64,000 bases of DNA from NCBI GenBank assembly GCA_031269865.1, contig JAISYO010000043.1, forward strand, positions 374-64,373, given 5' to 3'. Below, one piece after another: positions 1 through 10,956 of the stretch. Source of the stretch: Dysgonamonadaceae bacterium. GTDB lineage: Bacteria > Bacteroidota > Bacteroidia > Bacteroidales > Dysgonomonadaceae. Both the position numbers and the translations under genes were made by a program. Below the pieces are notes generated by a model. The model was not told where the DNA came from. It saw nothing but the letters and a program-made list of their open reading frames with translations, and ran no database searches. Position 1 is the first letter of the stretch, and the number at the start of each line of letters is the position of its first letter.

Positions 1-3
1 CTA

Positions 4-2265
4 TTGATTTCTACGGGTGTGATCGGCTATCTGCCCCCGATCAACGAATTGGAAAACCCCATCGACAAATACGCATCGCAAGTCATTTCTTCGGACGACA
101 AACTGCTTTTTACCTATTCAGACGACAAAGAAAACCGCATTTTTGTGGATTATTCCGATTTGTCGCCCTACCTCGTGCAAGCGTTGGTGGCAACGGAAGA
201 CCAACGGTTTTACGGACATTCGGGCATCGACGCCATAGGTTTGGCTCGTGCCATTGTGAAAACGATGATATTGCAAAATAGTGATGGTGGCGGAGGGAGC
301 ACGATCACACAGCAATTGGCGAAACAGCTTTATACTAATAAGGGGAAAAGGAGGGCGAAAAATAAAATGCAGCGCATCTTCCAAAAACCGGTTGAGTGGG
401 TTATCGCCGTACAGTTGGAACGGCAGTACACCAAAGAAGAAATCATCAACCTCTATCTCAACGAATACGATTTCAATTATAGCGCGATAGGCATCGAATC
501 CGCCGCGCACACTTATTTTGGCGTTGCGCCGAAAGACTTGAAGGTGGAAGAAGCGGCTATGTTGGTGGGAATGCTGAAAAATGCAGCCCTATACAATCCG
601 GTACGGCGAGCCGAACTAACCAAAAAACGGCGCGACGTGGTATTGGCGCAGATGAGGAAGGCGGGACATTTGACGAAACAACAAACGGACTCGCTAAAAC
701 AGATGCCCATAAAGCTGAAATTCCATCGTTTGGAACACGTGGATATTCCTGCGCCCTACTATCGGCAATACCTCGGCATCATTATGATGGCAAAAAAGCC
801 GGAACGCAAAAATTACCCCGAACAGTGGCAGCAGCAACAATTCATAGAAGATTCCCTCGCGTGGAAAAACAATCCGCTATACGGTTGGTGCAACAAACAT
901 AAAAAAACGGACGGTTCGAACTACAACATTTATACCGACGGCTTAAAAATCTACGCCACCATCGACTCGCGGATGCAGAAATATGCGGAAGATGCTGTTA
1001 CGGAACACTTGGGAGGCTACCTGCAACCCTTGTTCGAAAAAGAAAAAGCAGGCAGGGCTTACGCCCCCTTTTCAAGCGACGTGAAAAATCGGGTGGAAGA
1101 ACTGATGACCAACGCCATGAGGCAGACGGATCGTTATCGGCTTGCAAAAAAAGCAGGCAAGAAAGAGGGCGAAATCCTCAACGAGTTCAAGAACAAGAAA
1201 TACGATATGAAGGTGTTCTCGTGGAAAATGGGAGAAGTAGATACGATAATGACGCCTTGGGATTCAATCCGTTACCACAAATCGTTTTTGCGAACCGGAT
1301 TGATGGCGATGAGCCCCGTAACGGGACACGTGAAGGCTTACGTGGGTGGACCCAATTTCCGTTTTTTCAAATACGATATGGTTAGCACCGGAAAACGACA
1401 GATTGGTTCAACCATCAAACCCTTCCTCTATTCCTTGGCGATGGAAGAAGGTATGACGCCCTGCGATCAGCTCATTCACGAAGCGCAAACGCTGATTCTC
1501 GAAACGGGCGAGCCGTGGACACCCGACAATCCCGGCGCAAGTAGGGTGGGCGAAGAAGTAACCATCAAATGGGGGTTGCAAGTATCAAGCAATTGGGTAA
1601 CGGTTTTTCTGATGAAACAGTTTTCGCCTTACGCATTCGTGCGGCTGTTGAAATCATTCGGGTTGAAAAATAACATTCCCCCGGTGGTTTCGTTGTGCTT
1701 GGGTTCTTGCGAGGCATCGGTTTCCGAAATGACGAGCGGCTACACGACATTTGCCAATCGCGGTATCCGTATTGATCCGGTACTCGTAACCCGCATCGAA
1801 AATTCTTACGGGGACGTGCTGGATTCTTTCTCTCCCAACGTGTCCGAAATCTTTGGGGAAAACACAAACTATAAGATGCTCGATATGTTGCGAGGGGTAA
1901 TTGACGGCGGAACGGGAAACCGCCTTCGCAGAAATTACAACCTGAAAGGGCAGATGGGCGGAAAAACTGGGACTAGCCAAGAAAATTCCGACGGTTGGTT
2001 TATGTCCTTTACCCCCGATATTGTAGTCGGTTGCTGGGTAGGTGGCGAAGACCGCTCTGTCCATTTCGACCGAATGGATTACGGACAAGGCGCGAGTATG
2101 GCACTGCCTATCCAAGGCTTGTTCTATCAGAAAATATATGCCGATTCTTCGCTAAATATGAAGGACGACGGCGAGTTCGAATCCGGCAATCCCTGCGCCG
2201 GAGGCGGATTTTTCTTTCAGGACGAAGACGATTCGTTGGAAGGCATCGACGATTTGTTTCAATAG
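4..2265 (+). CDS. mrcA: Class A penicillin-binding protein 1A (glycosyltransferase/transpeptidase); 5' end probably cut by the window edge
   Basis: GT51 motifs EDQRFYGHSGID and GGSTITQQLAK. Transpeptidase SxxK (STIKP), SxN (SSN) and KTG (KTGTS). The frame is open to position 1 and no N-terminal membrane anchor is seen. Confidence 0.9.
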   Translation: MISTGVIGYLPPINELENPIDKYASQVISSDDKLLFTYSDDKENRIFVDYSDLSPYLVQALVATEDQRFYGHSGIDAIGLARAIVKTMILQNSDGGGGSTITQQLAKQLYTNKGKRRAKNKMQRIFQKPVEWVIAVQLERQYTKEEIINLYLNEYDFNYSAIGIESAAHTYFGVAPKDLKVEEAAMLVGMLKNAALYNPVRRAELTKKRRDVVLAQMRKAGHLTKQQTDSLKQMPIKLKFHRLEHVDIPAPYYRQYLGIIMMAKKPERKNYPEQWQQQQFIEDSLAWKNNPLYGWCNKHKKTDGSNYNIYTDGLKIYATIDSRMQKYAEDAVTEHLGGYLQPLFEKEKAGRAYAPFSSDVKNRVEELMTNAMRQTDRYRLAKKAGKKEGEILNEFKNKKYDMKVFSWKMGEVDTIMTPWDSIRYHKSFLRTGLMAMSPVTGHVKAYVGGPNFRFFKYDMVSTGKRQIGSTIKPFLYSLAMEEGMTPCDQLIHEAQTLILETGEPWTPDNPGASRVGEEVTIKWGLQVSSNWVTVFLMKQFSPYAFVRLLKSFGLKNNIPPVVSLCLGSCEASVSEMTSGYTTFANRGIRIDPVLVTRIENSYGDVLDSFSPNVSEIFGENTNYKMLDMLRGVIDGGTGNRLRRNYNLKGQMGGKTGTSQENSDGWFMSFTPDIVVGCWVGGEDRSVHFDRMDYGQGASMALPIQGLFYQKIYADSSLNMKDDGEFESGNPCAGGGFFFQDEDDSLEGIDDLFQ

Positions 2266-3292
2266 CTAAGAGCCTTGTTTTTTTCAAATACGGATTAAAG
2301 AGGGTTTGGATGTTTGGGCGTTTCGGAACAATGTGCTAATGTGCTAATAATGGTTTTCCATCTTCGTTCCGTTCCACGACACGGAATCTCACGCGGAATC
2401 CCCTTGTTTTCTTAGCCCTTCTCTTTTTGTCCTTTCCCCCATTTATATTCCTACGGAATGTGAAATTTAGACGAAAAGACAAAAGACTAATGCGAGTGAT
2501 GGCACACTCCCTCATTCGCATTGTCAATATTGCAGTTGGTAAAACTAACCCTTGATTTGTCGGTAATGTAAGTGGCTTTATTTATATTTACTTCGGAAAA
2601 ATTAATGTCCGAGTTTTCCTTTGCCGAAACAAAAACTTCATTCAGCGTTATTCTTTTATTGCCTTTTAACCCACATTGCAACCCGTCAGGTCACAAAACG
2701 TTGAAAATCGTCTGAGTCCATTTTTTCAAATTCCGATTTGTGCACTACAAATTTTCGTTTAGAGAAAGGTTGTGATTTGTATTTAAGACGGCGACAGATA
2801 GCCTCCGCTTTGTGATTCGGCTCGCTGCGCCGGCGGCTGAGAATGACTTCATCGTACCGGTTTTGAGAAACTGTCAAAACCGATACTTTTTCCGGATTAT
2901 TATCCTGTATGTCAAATAGTTCATCCCATCATTTTATATGCCGGCAGCGTTTGCGGATGATCCGGCGAACCTGATTCAACTCCTCTGCGTTTATCAATCC
3001 GTTGAGAAAACCAACGTTGAGCAAGGGTGCGGTGACAAACCCTGCCCGTTTCGTTGCGATAGCTTTCTGCCGGCTGCCGGATTGCGCCGTATGGAGAATC
3101 TGAAATACATGGCTGCAAAGTTAATCCATAACCCACTGATTGTCAATACCCCTGTGCACTACAAACGCAAATTCCCGAAATATAATCTTTGATTGTCAAC
3201 GAGCTGCTTTTTTTATGCAGCTTAAATCGCCCCCAAACAACTGATTTTTGATAGATTTTATTTGCTTTTGGGAGGAAATGCTGCAATGTGGG

Positions 3293-5212
3293 TTAAAATT
3301 CATTATAATCCAACCAAACCTTCATCTCGCCCGCCTCGCGGTTGTCCCACGAATAATACGGAATCAGCGTGAATTGTCCGCTTTCCGATTCCGCCGTGAT
3401 GGTTTCCACCCCGTTGAGCAGTCCGGCGTTGAAGTTGGCTGTAAATTTCGTGTCGGGATTAAGCGATATTTTGTCAAAATCCTTATTGTCAATTTGTTCC
3501 GCACAATAAACGATGGGACCGCGCTGAACGGCGCGTTTGCCCTCGTCTTCTTTTACGTTCGGATTGGCGGCAACGACTTCGACAGGCATTTTGAACGAAA
3601 TAGTCAGTTTATCGGTGGGATTCCACTTTCTGTTAATCACAAAATATCCTTTGTCTATCACATTGCTTTTATATCCTTTCTCTGTATAAAGTTCCACTTC
3701 GTCCTTAAAGTAGAAAGTCCCTTCCCAAATGCCGTGTTTTTCGTTAATTCTGTCATATATAAAGCAGTAATCCTTACACCATTCGGGGATTCTCACTCTG
3801 ATTTCGCCTTCAAAGGGTTTATCGGCACCGTCAATGTGCAGGGTCGCGTTTCCGTCCCAAGGATAATTCGTTTCCATACGCAGTTTAACTTTGTTGTTAC
3901 CAACTTGTATTTCAGCCGAATTGCCAATAAACAAGTTTACCCAAATCGCATTTTCCGACACGCCGTAGATATAATTGCCGATGGACGGCAGAAAGCGCGA
4001 AATTTGGCTCGGGCAACAAGCGCAACCGTACCACGCCTGACGGTGGTGCGTGCCGTGCGAGGCAAGCGGATTGACGTAGAAAAACCGATCGCCGGCAAGC
4101 GAAATCCCTGCCAATGCGCCGTTGTACATTGAGCGTTCGAGCACATCAATGTATTTTGAGTCGCCGGTAAACTGATTCATTCGCCAATTCCAATACACCA
4201 TACCGACAGAAGCGCAGGTTTCGCAGTAGGCATCGTAGTTGGGCAAATCGTAATCTTCCGTAAAGCCTTCGTTATGGCGCGACGAGCCGATGCCGCCCGT
4301 AACGTACATATTGCGCAGCACAACGTCGTCCCAAAGGCGGTGCATCGCAGCAATATAGCCCGAATCCTGCGTGTAGGCGGCAACGTCAGCCATTCCGCAA
4401 TAGAGGTACATTGCACGCACGGCGTGTCCGGCGATGTCAGTCATCTCGCGCACGGGCGCATCGTCCTGATAGTATTTCGGATTCCATTGCCCTTCGTCGC
4501 CTTTGCTACCGTGTCCGTGTCCGCGCTCTTCGAGCAACCAATTGGCAAAATCAAGATATTCCTTTTTACCCGTTACGTTGTACAGCTTAACCAACGCAAG
4601 CTCAACTTCTTCGTGTCCCGGAACCCAATGGCGTTTGCCCGGTCCGAACACCGACATAATGTGCCGAGCCATCTTTTCCGACACATCGAGCAACTTCCTT
4701 TTTCCGGTTGCCCGATAATACGCCACGGCAGCCTCAAACAGATGTCCGGCGCAATACATTTCGTGCTTGTCCATATTCGTCCAACGCTTGTCCAAGCCCG
4801 TGAGCGTGTAGAAGGTGTTGATGTAACCGTCCGGTTGTTGGGCGGCGGCGAACTTGTCAATCCACTCGTCGGCTTTCGCTTCCAAGGCAGCATCGGGGTT
4901 ATTTATCAGCGAATAAGCAATGCCTTCGAGTGCCTTGTAAACGTCGGAATCGTCAAAGAAAATCCCCGAATGTTCGCCTTTGCCCTTCGCCGCGTTCTCG
5001 AAATTGCGGATACGCCCCGTCTGATTTTCAATCTGATCGATGCAGACAGACAGCGTTGTCGTAGCGTGGCTTTTCAGCCGGGGTTGCCAAAAGTTGTCGG
5101 TTATCTTCACGTGCGAAAAATCAACAGGCTCAATGAGTTTCAACGACTTGCCTTTGTCGGCGTAACCGAAAAGCGCAAAGCTCATCAGTATCAATAACGG
5201 AATCTTTTTCAT
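3293..5212 (-). CDS. Glycoside hydrolase family 127 (DUF1680, beta-L-arabinofuranosidase-like), secreted
   Basis: 639 aa with a signal peptide. Cys-rich blocks CETCASVGMVYWNW and GCACCPSQISRFLPS are typical of the GH127 Cys/Zn centre. Confidence 0.8.
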   Translation of the reverse strand: MKKIPLLILMSFALFGYADKGKSLKLIEPVDFSHVKITDNFWQPRLKSHATTTLSVCIDQIENQTGRIRNFENAAKGKGEHSGIFFDDSDVYKALEGIAYSLINNPDAALEAKADEWIDKFAAAQQPDGYINTFYTLTGLDKRWTNMDKHEMYCAGHLFEAAVAYYRATGKRKLLDVSEKMARHIMSVFGPGKRHWVPGHEEVELALVKLYNVTGKKEYLDFANWLLEERGHGHGSKGDEGQWNPKYYQDDAPVREMTDIAGHAVRAMYLYCGMADVAAYTQDSGYIAAMHRLWDDVVLRNMYVTGGIGSSRHNEGFTEDYDLPNYDAYCETCASVGMVYWNWRMNQFTGDSKYIDVLERSMYNGALAGISLAGDRFFYVNPLASHGTHHRQAWYGCACCPSQISRFLPSIGNYIYGVSENAIWVNLFIGNSAEIQVGNNKVKLRMETNYPWDGNATLHIDGADKPFEGEIRVRIPEWCKDYCFIYDRINEKHGIWEGTFYFKDEVELYTEKGYKSNVIDKGYFVINRKWNPTDKLTISFKMPVEVVAANPNVKEDEGKRAVQRGPIVYCAEQIDNKDFDKISLNPDTKFTANFNAGLLNGVETITAESESGQFTLIPYYSWDNREAGEMKVWLDYNEF

Positions 5213-5230
5213 AGGATTATTTTTTAGATT

Positions 5231-6433
5231 TTACTCAACCTCAATTCGCGCAGTGAAAATCAGGCGGCGATCTTTGGGGATTTCGGCGGATTTCCAAATA
5301 TCGGTGATGTTGCGGAACACTTTGCCTTTGAAAACCGTTTTGCCCTTGGCTTTTACCGTGATGGGCTTGTCGAAATCAATCATTTCATCATTCACGTTGA
5401 TATACAACGTTTTATAATCGTTTTTCAGGATAGTGAAGCTGTTGCCCGCGTGTTCCACGATGGCGGTTTTGCCGGAAACGGCTTCCGTTTCGGGGACTGA
5501 CAGCCAATAGAACGACGCTTGGGACACCTCGTCTTGCATCCAAGCCACTTTCGTTGGGTAGGGGTTGCGGACAAACTGCGCCATCCAATGAATCGCCGTG
5601 GTGTCCACCCGATCCATCCAATGCCCTTTCCCCTCGATGATGTGCGTTTCGTGGGCGTATCCGCCTTTGTCAGCTACGGCTATGCTGTCCAACCAATTGC
5701 CATAAATACGGGTTTCTTTGTTGCGATCGTATGCGCCGTCGTTGGCACCCACCCAAAGCATCATACCGATATTTCGGACGTTGAGCAAGGATATGCCGCC
5801 GGGGTGTCCCGCCATCATACTTGCCGCCGCCCAACGATCAGCCATACGCGGCGCCATACGATAAACGCCGTCGCCACCTGCGGAATAGCCGAGTAGATAC
5901 ACGCGATCGGGGTTCACGCCTTCGGTAAGTATCGCGGCGCGGATAATGCGATCGAAGAACGCGCCGACGTGGGGCTGATGCCACATATTCCACGCATCAA
6001 CCGCCGCACGGGGCGACAAATAAACCCCTTCGGCAGGCTTGTACAGCCGTGTTTGGTTGAGCCACTGTCCATCGTTCGCCTCGGTGGTGGTGCCGCCACC
6101 GCCGTGCATCGAGATGTAGAGCGAACGTCCGCCTTCCGGCTTTTCCCCGTAGATGCGGTAATCTATGGGCATAATCAGGCTGTCGGCACGCATACAGCGC
6201 GTAATCCATTCGTGGCGCAACGAGCGGAAATCTTTCTGCAAAAAATACGCATAAACGGTTTGCACCGCAGAATCGGCATCTGCCTTCGACAATGCCGTGC
6301 TTGCGAAACCCTGCTTCTCTATCGCGCCGGAAGCACCGTTTTTAATCCATTGTTGCAATTTTACCACCGACTGCGCCTGCAGCAAACCGAACGCGCCGAC
6401 AAAGAAACAAGCCAACAAAAATTTCATCTTCAT
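5231..6433 (-). CDS. Secreted alpha/beta-hydrolase-fold esterase (possible carbohydrate esterase)
   Basis: Signal peptide, oxyanion-like HGGGG, and nucleophile elbow GYSAGG. It sits directly downstream of GH127 on the same strand. Confidence 0.6.
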   Translation of the reverse strand: MKMKFLLACFFVGAFGLLQAQSVVKLQQWIKNGASGAIEKQGFASTALSKADADSAVQTVYAYFLQKDFRSLRHEWITRCMRADSLIMPIDYRIYGEKPEGGRSLYISMHGGGGTTTEANDGQWLNQTRLYKPAEGVYLSPRAAVDAWNMWHQPHVGAFFDRIIRAAILTEGVNPDRVYLLGYSAGGDGVYRMAPRMADRWAAASMMAGHPGGISLLNVRNIGMMLWVGANDGAYDRNKETRIYGNWLDSIAVADKGGYAHETHIIEGKGHWMDRVDTTAIHWMAQFVRNPYPTKVAWMQDEVSQASFYWLSVPETEAVSGKTAIVEHAGNSFTILKNDYKTLYINVNDEMIDFDKPITVKAKGKTVFKGKVFRNITDIWKSAEIPKDRRLIFTARIEVE

Positions 6434-6467
6434 AAGAAACTGTTTAAATTTTGTATTTTATCCAGCT

Positions 6468-6475
6468 GCAAAGAT
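6468..6475 (-). promoter_or_regulatory. Bacteroidetes -7 promoter box TATCTTTG (TAnnTTTG) for the esterase/GH127 unit
   Basis: Plus strand reads CAAAGATA, 35 nt upstream of the ATG at 6433. Confidence 0.5.
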
Positions 6476-6814
6476 AGTGATTATATCATAGAAAATACCC
6501 TTCGCCACCGCAAGGTTGCAACTTGTGCCTGTGTCATTGGTTTAGCAGGAACTCATCATCTCTTTTTCTAAACGATGTTTTTGCAAGCGAAACGCTCGCT
6601 TTTAGCCCGATGTAGCGCAGGACACTACGCCGAGCGGGGCATTAATCAAGTCCATTGCTTTTATTCTCAAATATCAGTTTTCCTAAAATTTTCACACCCT
6701 CATCGCTTAATAAAAATCTATCCCCCAGCTCCTCGTTATAAGCCGGATATATCGCTTGCATATTCATATAATAGAAACCCCGTTTGGTACGATATTTAAT
6801 CTTTCTTCTTTATT

Positions 6815-8908
6815 TTACCCAATCCGCCCCCATTCATAGCGGTTTCCGCTCAAACGGCTCAGTTGCTGTTTCAGCACAAGGTGGGCGGGTTGTTCCAAGC
6901 GCAAGTCTTTCTCTATCACTTCGCTTGCAACCTCGCGGGCGCGATAAAGGATGTCGCTGTCGCGGACGATGTCCGCTATTTTCAGGCTGAACGGAATGCC
7001 ACTCTGTTGCGTGCCTTCGAGATCGCCGGGACCGCGCAACTTCAAGTCGGCTTCGGCAATGAAAAAGCCGTCGTTGCTTTCCGTCATAATTTCCATACGG
7101 CGGCGCGTGTCCGCCGAAAGCTCGTAAGGCGTAATCAACACGCAATACGACTGTTCCGCACCACGCCCGACACGTCCGCGAAGCTGATGCAGTTGCGAAA
7201 GCCCGAAGCGTTGTGCGCTCTCGATAACCATTACCGATGCGTTCGGCACGTTTACCCCCACCTCGATGACGGTGGTTGAAACCATTATCTGCGCTTCGTT
7301 GGCGATGAATTTCTGCATCACTTCGTCTTTTTCGGCGGGTTTCATTCGTCCGTGCATCTTCACGACGGCAAATTCAGGGAATGCCGCCGATATTTGGCGA
7401 TAACCTTCTTCAAGGTTCTGCAAATCAATCTTTTCGCTTTCTTCGATCAAGGGGTAAACGATGTACACCTGCCTTCCGCGCTGAATTTCTTTCCGCAGGA
7501 AATCGAAGAGCGCACCGCGTTTTTTCTCGTAGCGGCGCAGGGTTTGAATGGCTTTTCGTCCGGGGGGCAGTTCGTCGATGACAGACAAGTCCAAGTCGCC
7601 GTAAACCGTCATCGCGAGGGTGCGCGGAATGGGTGTCGCCGTCATAACCAACACGTGGGGCGGACGTTCGTTTTTCGTCCAAAGCCTTGCGCGTTGTTCC
7701 ACGCCGAAGCGGTGCTGTTCGTCAATAACCACGAAACCGAGGTTGTGAAACTGCACCGTGTCCTCAATGAGCGCGTGCGTGCCGATGAGAATCTGCAAGT
7801 CGCCCGATTGCAGGGCGTCGTGAATGCGTTCGCGTTCCGCTTTTTTTGTCGAGCCTGTCAGCAACGCCACGCTCACGCCCATATCCGACAACCATTCGGA
7901 AAAGGTTTGGAAATGTTGCGTGGCGAGAATTTCGGTGGGCGCCATCAGGCAAGACTGAAATCCGTTGTCGAGCGCGATGAGCATCGTCATCAGCGCGACA
8001 AGCGTTTTGCCGCTGCCCACGTCGCCCTGCAACAAGCGGTTCATCTGCTTGCCCGAAGCGGTGTCCTGCCGTATTTCGCGGATAACCCGTTTTTGGGCGT
8101 TCGTCAGCTCGAAGGGGATATGCTTCTCGTAGAAAGTATTGAGGTAAAGCCCCACTTTTTTGAACACAAGTCCGTTGAGTTTTGATTTTTTGTCCGCCGA
8201 ATAGCGCAGGATATTCAACTGAATGAAAAACAGTTCCTCGAATTTCAGGCGGTATTCCGCATTGCGCAGCAATATGGGATTTTTGGGGAAGTGTATGTTT
8301 TCGATGGCATCGTGAAGCGGCATCAGGTGCAGGGCGGCCACTATGTCGGGCGAGAGCGATTCGGGCATCTGCTCTTTGAGTATCGCGAAAGCGTTCCCGA
8401 TGATTTTCTGCATCGCCTTCGAGTTGAGAAAGTGCGATTTCATCTTCTCGGTGGTGTTGTAGAAAGCGAAAAGCCCTTCGGGGCGATCGTCTTCCGAGAG
8501 GCAGGCGTCGATGTCGGGGTGGGGAATGTTGTATTTCTTCCCGAATAGCGCGGGCTTGCCGAAAACAATGTATTCGGTGTTCGTCCTGTATTTGCTCTCG
8601 ACAAATTTAAGTCCTTGAAACCAAACCAAATCCACAAATCCGGTGCCGTCGGTAAAATGCGCCACGAGGCGTTTTTTCCGTCCCTCGCCGAAGGTTTCAA
8701 ACGCCGTGATCTTCCCTTTCAGCTGAATGTAGGGCATCGCCCCGTCGATTTCGTGCGCGTAATACAACCTGCTTCTGTCCACATAGCGATAGGGGTAATA
8801 CCGCAACAAGTCGCCGAGCGTGAAGATGTCGAGTTCCTTGTTGAGAATCTCGGCTTTCTTCGGTCCAACGCCGGGGACGAATTTTATGTCGGTTTGCAGG
8901 ATATTCAT
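6815..8908 (-). CDS. recG: ATP-dependent DNA helicase RecG
   Basis: 697 aa with an N-terminal wedge/OB region, Walker A GDVGSGKT and DEQH box VIDEQHRFGV. Confidence 0.95.
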   Translation of the reverse strand: MNILQTDIKFVPGVGPKKAEILNKELDIFTLGDLLRYYPYRYVDRSRLYYAHEIDGAMPYIQLKGKITAFETFGEGRKKRLVAHFTDGTGFVDLVWFQGLKFVESKYRTNTEYIVFGKPALFGKKYNIPHPDIDACLSEDDRPEGLFAFYNTTEKMKSHFLNSKAMQKIIGNAFAILKEQMPESLSPDIVAALHLMPLHDAIENIHFPKNPILLRNAEYRLKFEELFFIQLNILRYSADKKSKLNGLVFKKVGLYLNTFYEKHIPFELTNAQKRVIREIRQDTASGKQMNRLLQGDVGSGKTLVALMTMLIALDNGFQSCLMAPTEILATQHFQTFSEWLSDMGVSVALLTGSTKKAERERIHDALQSGDLQILIGTHALIEDTVQFHNLGFVVIDEQHRFGVEQRARLWTKNERPPHVLVMTATPIPRTLAMTVYGDLDLSVIDELPPGRKAIQTLRRYEKKRGALFDFLRKEIQRGRQVYIVYPLIEESEKIDLQNLEEGYRQISAAFPEFAVVKMHGRMKPAEKDEVMQKFIANEAQIMVSTTVIEVGVNVPNASVMVIESAQRFGLSQLHQLRGRVGRGAEQSYCVLITPYELSADTRRRMEIMTESNDGFFIAEADLKLRGPGDLEGTQQSGIPFSLKIADIVRDSDILYRAREVASEVIEKDLRLEQPAHLVLKQQLSRLSGNRYEWGRIG

Positions 8909-8946
8909 TTTTCAGATTTCAAGGTTGGAATCCGAAACCGCGCCTC

Positions 8947-10227
8947 CTACCACGCAAAGAGCGGATAATCTTTCATTATCCCGTTCACTTTTTTACGGAC
9001 AGAGGCGATTACGCCATCGTTTTCGGGGTTAGAAAGCACGGTATCAATCATTTCCACAATTTCGCCCATCAGGGCTTCTTTCGCGCCCCGCGTGGTAATG
9101 GCGGGGGTGCCGAAGCGCAAGCCCGACGTTTGGAAGGGGCTGCGGCTATCGAAGGGAACCATATTTTTGTTGGTGGTAATGTCGGCGTTTACCAAGGCTT
9201 TTTCGGCTACTTTCCCCGTCAAGCCGGGAAATTTGGTGCGCAAATCCACCAAGATGCAATGGTTGTCCGTTCCGCCCGAAACCACATTGAAACCCTTGTC
9301 GATAAACGCCTGAGCCATCGACGCGGCGTTTTTCTTCACTTGCGTTTGATACACCTTGTAGGACTCGTCCAAGGCTTCGCCAAACGATACCGCTTTGGCG
9401 GCGACGACGTGTTCCAAGGGACCGCCCTGAATGCCAGGGAACACCGCCGAGTCGAGCAGGGCGGACATCATTTTCGTTTCGCCTTTGGGCGTTTTCAGCC
9501 CCCAAGGGTTTTCAAAATCTTTTCCGAGCAGGATAGCCCCACCGCGCGGTCCGCGCAGGGTTTTGTGCGTGGTGGTGGTTACGATATGCGCGTGTTGCAG
9601 AGGGTTGTCGAGCAGTCCGGCGGCAATCAGTCCGGCAGGGTGCGCCATATCCACCATAAAAATCGCGCCGATTTCGTCAGCCACCTTGCGAATGCGGGCA
9701 TAATCCCATTCGCGGGTGTAAGCCGACGCACCGGCGATGATGAGTTTCGGGCGTTCGGTGCGGGCAACGCTTTCCAACTGTTCGTAATCGATTTGTTGGT
9801 TGTCCTCGCGCACGTTGTATTCCAATGCGTGGAACATTAACCCCGAAAAATTGACGGGCGAACCGTGCGAAAGGTGTCCGCCGTGCGAGAGGTTGAGTCC
9901 GAGGAACTTATCGCCCGCCTTCAAGCAAGTGATGAAAACGGCGGCGTTGGCTTGCGCACCCGAATGGGGTTGCACGTTAGCCCATTGCGCCCCGAAAAGT
10001 TTTTTCAGGCGATCAATCGCCAACTGCTCGCTCAAATCCACTATCTCGCAACCGCCGTAGTAACGGCGTCCGGGGTAGCCCTCGGCATATTTGTTTGTGA
10101 GGACGGAACCCATCGCTTCCATAACCTGTTTGCTCACGAAATTTTCGGAAGCGATCAGCTCGATTCCCTTCAATTGCCGTTGCTCTTCCCTTTCAATAAT
10201 GTCGAAAATCTGCGTGTCTCTATTCAT
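8947..10227 (-). CDS. glyA: Serine hydroxymethyltransferase
   Basis: 426 aa with the PLP-lysine block [14 protein letters not shown]. Confidence 0.97.
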   Translation of the reverse strand: MNRDTQIFDIIEREEQRQLKGIELIASENFVSKQVMEAMGSVLTNKYAEGYPGRRYYGGCEIVDLSEQLAIDRLKKLFGAQWANVQPHSGAQANAAVFITCLKAGDKFLGLNLSHGGHLSHGSPVNFSGLMFHALEYNVREDNQQIDYEQLESVARTERPKLIIAGASAYTREWDYARIRKVADEIGAIFMVDMAHPAGLIAAGLLDNPLQHAHIVTTTTHKTLRGPRGGAILLGKDFENPWGLKTPKGETKMMSALLDSAVFPGIQGGPLEHVVAAKAVSFGEALDESYKVYQTQVKKNAASMAQAFIDKGFNVVSGGTDNHCILVDLRTKFPGLTGKVAEKALVNADITTNKNMVPFDSRSPFQTSGLRFGTPAITTRGAKEALMGEIVEMIDTVLSNPENDGVIASVRKKVNGIMKDYPLFAW

Positions 10228-10269
10228 TTTTTTATTGATTTCTTATTTTTTATTTCTAACTTCTTATTT

Positions 10270-10806
10270 TCAAACCACTTGGTTTCCAGGCTTTACCTTT
10301 TTCGAGGGGTAAATCAGCGAATACGAGCCGTCGGCATCTTGCGCCGAAAGAATCATACCCTCGCTCATCAATCCGCGCAGTTTTCGCGGCTCGAAGTTGG
10401 CGACGAAACAAACCTGCCTGCCCAAGAGTTCCTGCGGATCGGGATAATGCTCGGCGATGCCCGAAAGAATGGTGCGTCCGCCCATTCCGTCCTCGATTTT
10501 GAAGCGCAAGAGCTTGTCGGATTTCGGCACTTTTTCACATTCCAGCACCGTGCCTACGCGAATATCCAATTTCTCAAAATCCTCGAAAGCCACGCTTTCC
10601 TTCACTTTAGGCAGGGGCTTTCCATCGGCTTGCTCGGCAAGCGCGTTGGCGGTTTTCGTGTCCTGCAATTTTTTTATCTGCACCTCAATTACCTCGTCCT
10701 CAATCTTTTCGAACATTAGCGACACCTCGCCGAGCGCGTGTCCTGCGGGAAGCAGCTCGGTTTTGCCGAAGTCGTCCCACGTAAGTTGTTTCTTTTTGTC
10801 TGTCAT
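10270..10806 (-). CDS. Stand-alone tRNA-binding (Trbp111/EMAP-like) protein resembling the C-terminal end of methionyl-tRNA synthetase
   Basis: 178 aa. The C-terminal OB-fold block is [27 protein letters not shown]...[11 protein letters not shown]...[20 protein letters not shown]. The N-terminal ~60 aa look like the tail of the MetRS anticodon-binding domain. No catalytic domain lies upstream. Confidence 0.75.
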   Translation of the reverse strand: MTDKKKQLTWDDFGKTELLPAGHALGEVSLMFEKIEDEVIEVQIKKLQDTKTANALAEQADGKPLPKVKESVAFEDFEKLDIRVGTVLECEKVPKSDKLLRFKIEDGMGGRTILSGIAEHYPDPQELLGRQVCFVANFEPRKLRGLMSEGMILSAQDADGSYSLIYPSKKVKPGNQVV

Positions 10807-10834
10807 ATATCTTTCTACGAATTTTCCTAAGCCA

Positions 10835-10842
10835 CAAAAGTA
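10835..10842 (-). promoter_or_regulatory. -7 promoter box TACTTTTG for the tRNA-binding-domain gene
   Basis: Plus strand reads CAAAAGTA, 29 nt upstream of the ATG at 10806. Confidence 0.45.
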
Positions 10843-10872
10843 GGAAAAAGTTTTGATTTATCTTTCTAAAAA

Positions 10873-10929
10873 GGACGAAAAGACGAAAGGGCAAAAGACA
10901 ATTGAGAATGGAAAATGGAAAATGAGGGG
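10873..10929. repeat. Stop-codon-rich low-complexity word tract (GACGAAAAGACGAAAGGGCAAAAGACAATTGAGAATGGAAAATGGAAAATGAGGGG)
   Basis: Read directly from the sequence. Similar tracts occur at 11238-11296, 15704-15750, 25561-25616, 27815-27905, 28137-28180, 42428-42466 and 51698-51723. Confidence 0.8.
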
Positions 10930-10956
10930 AAAAAATGTCTGGGCGGTTGGAAGTTC

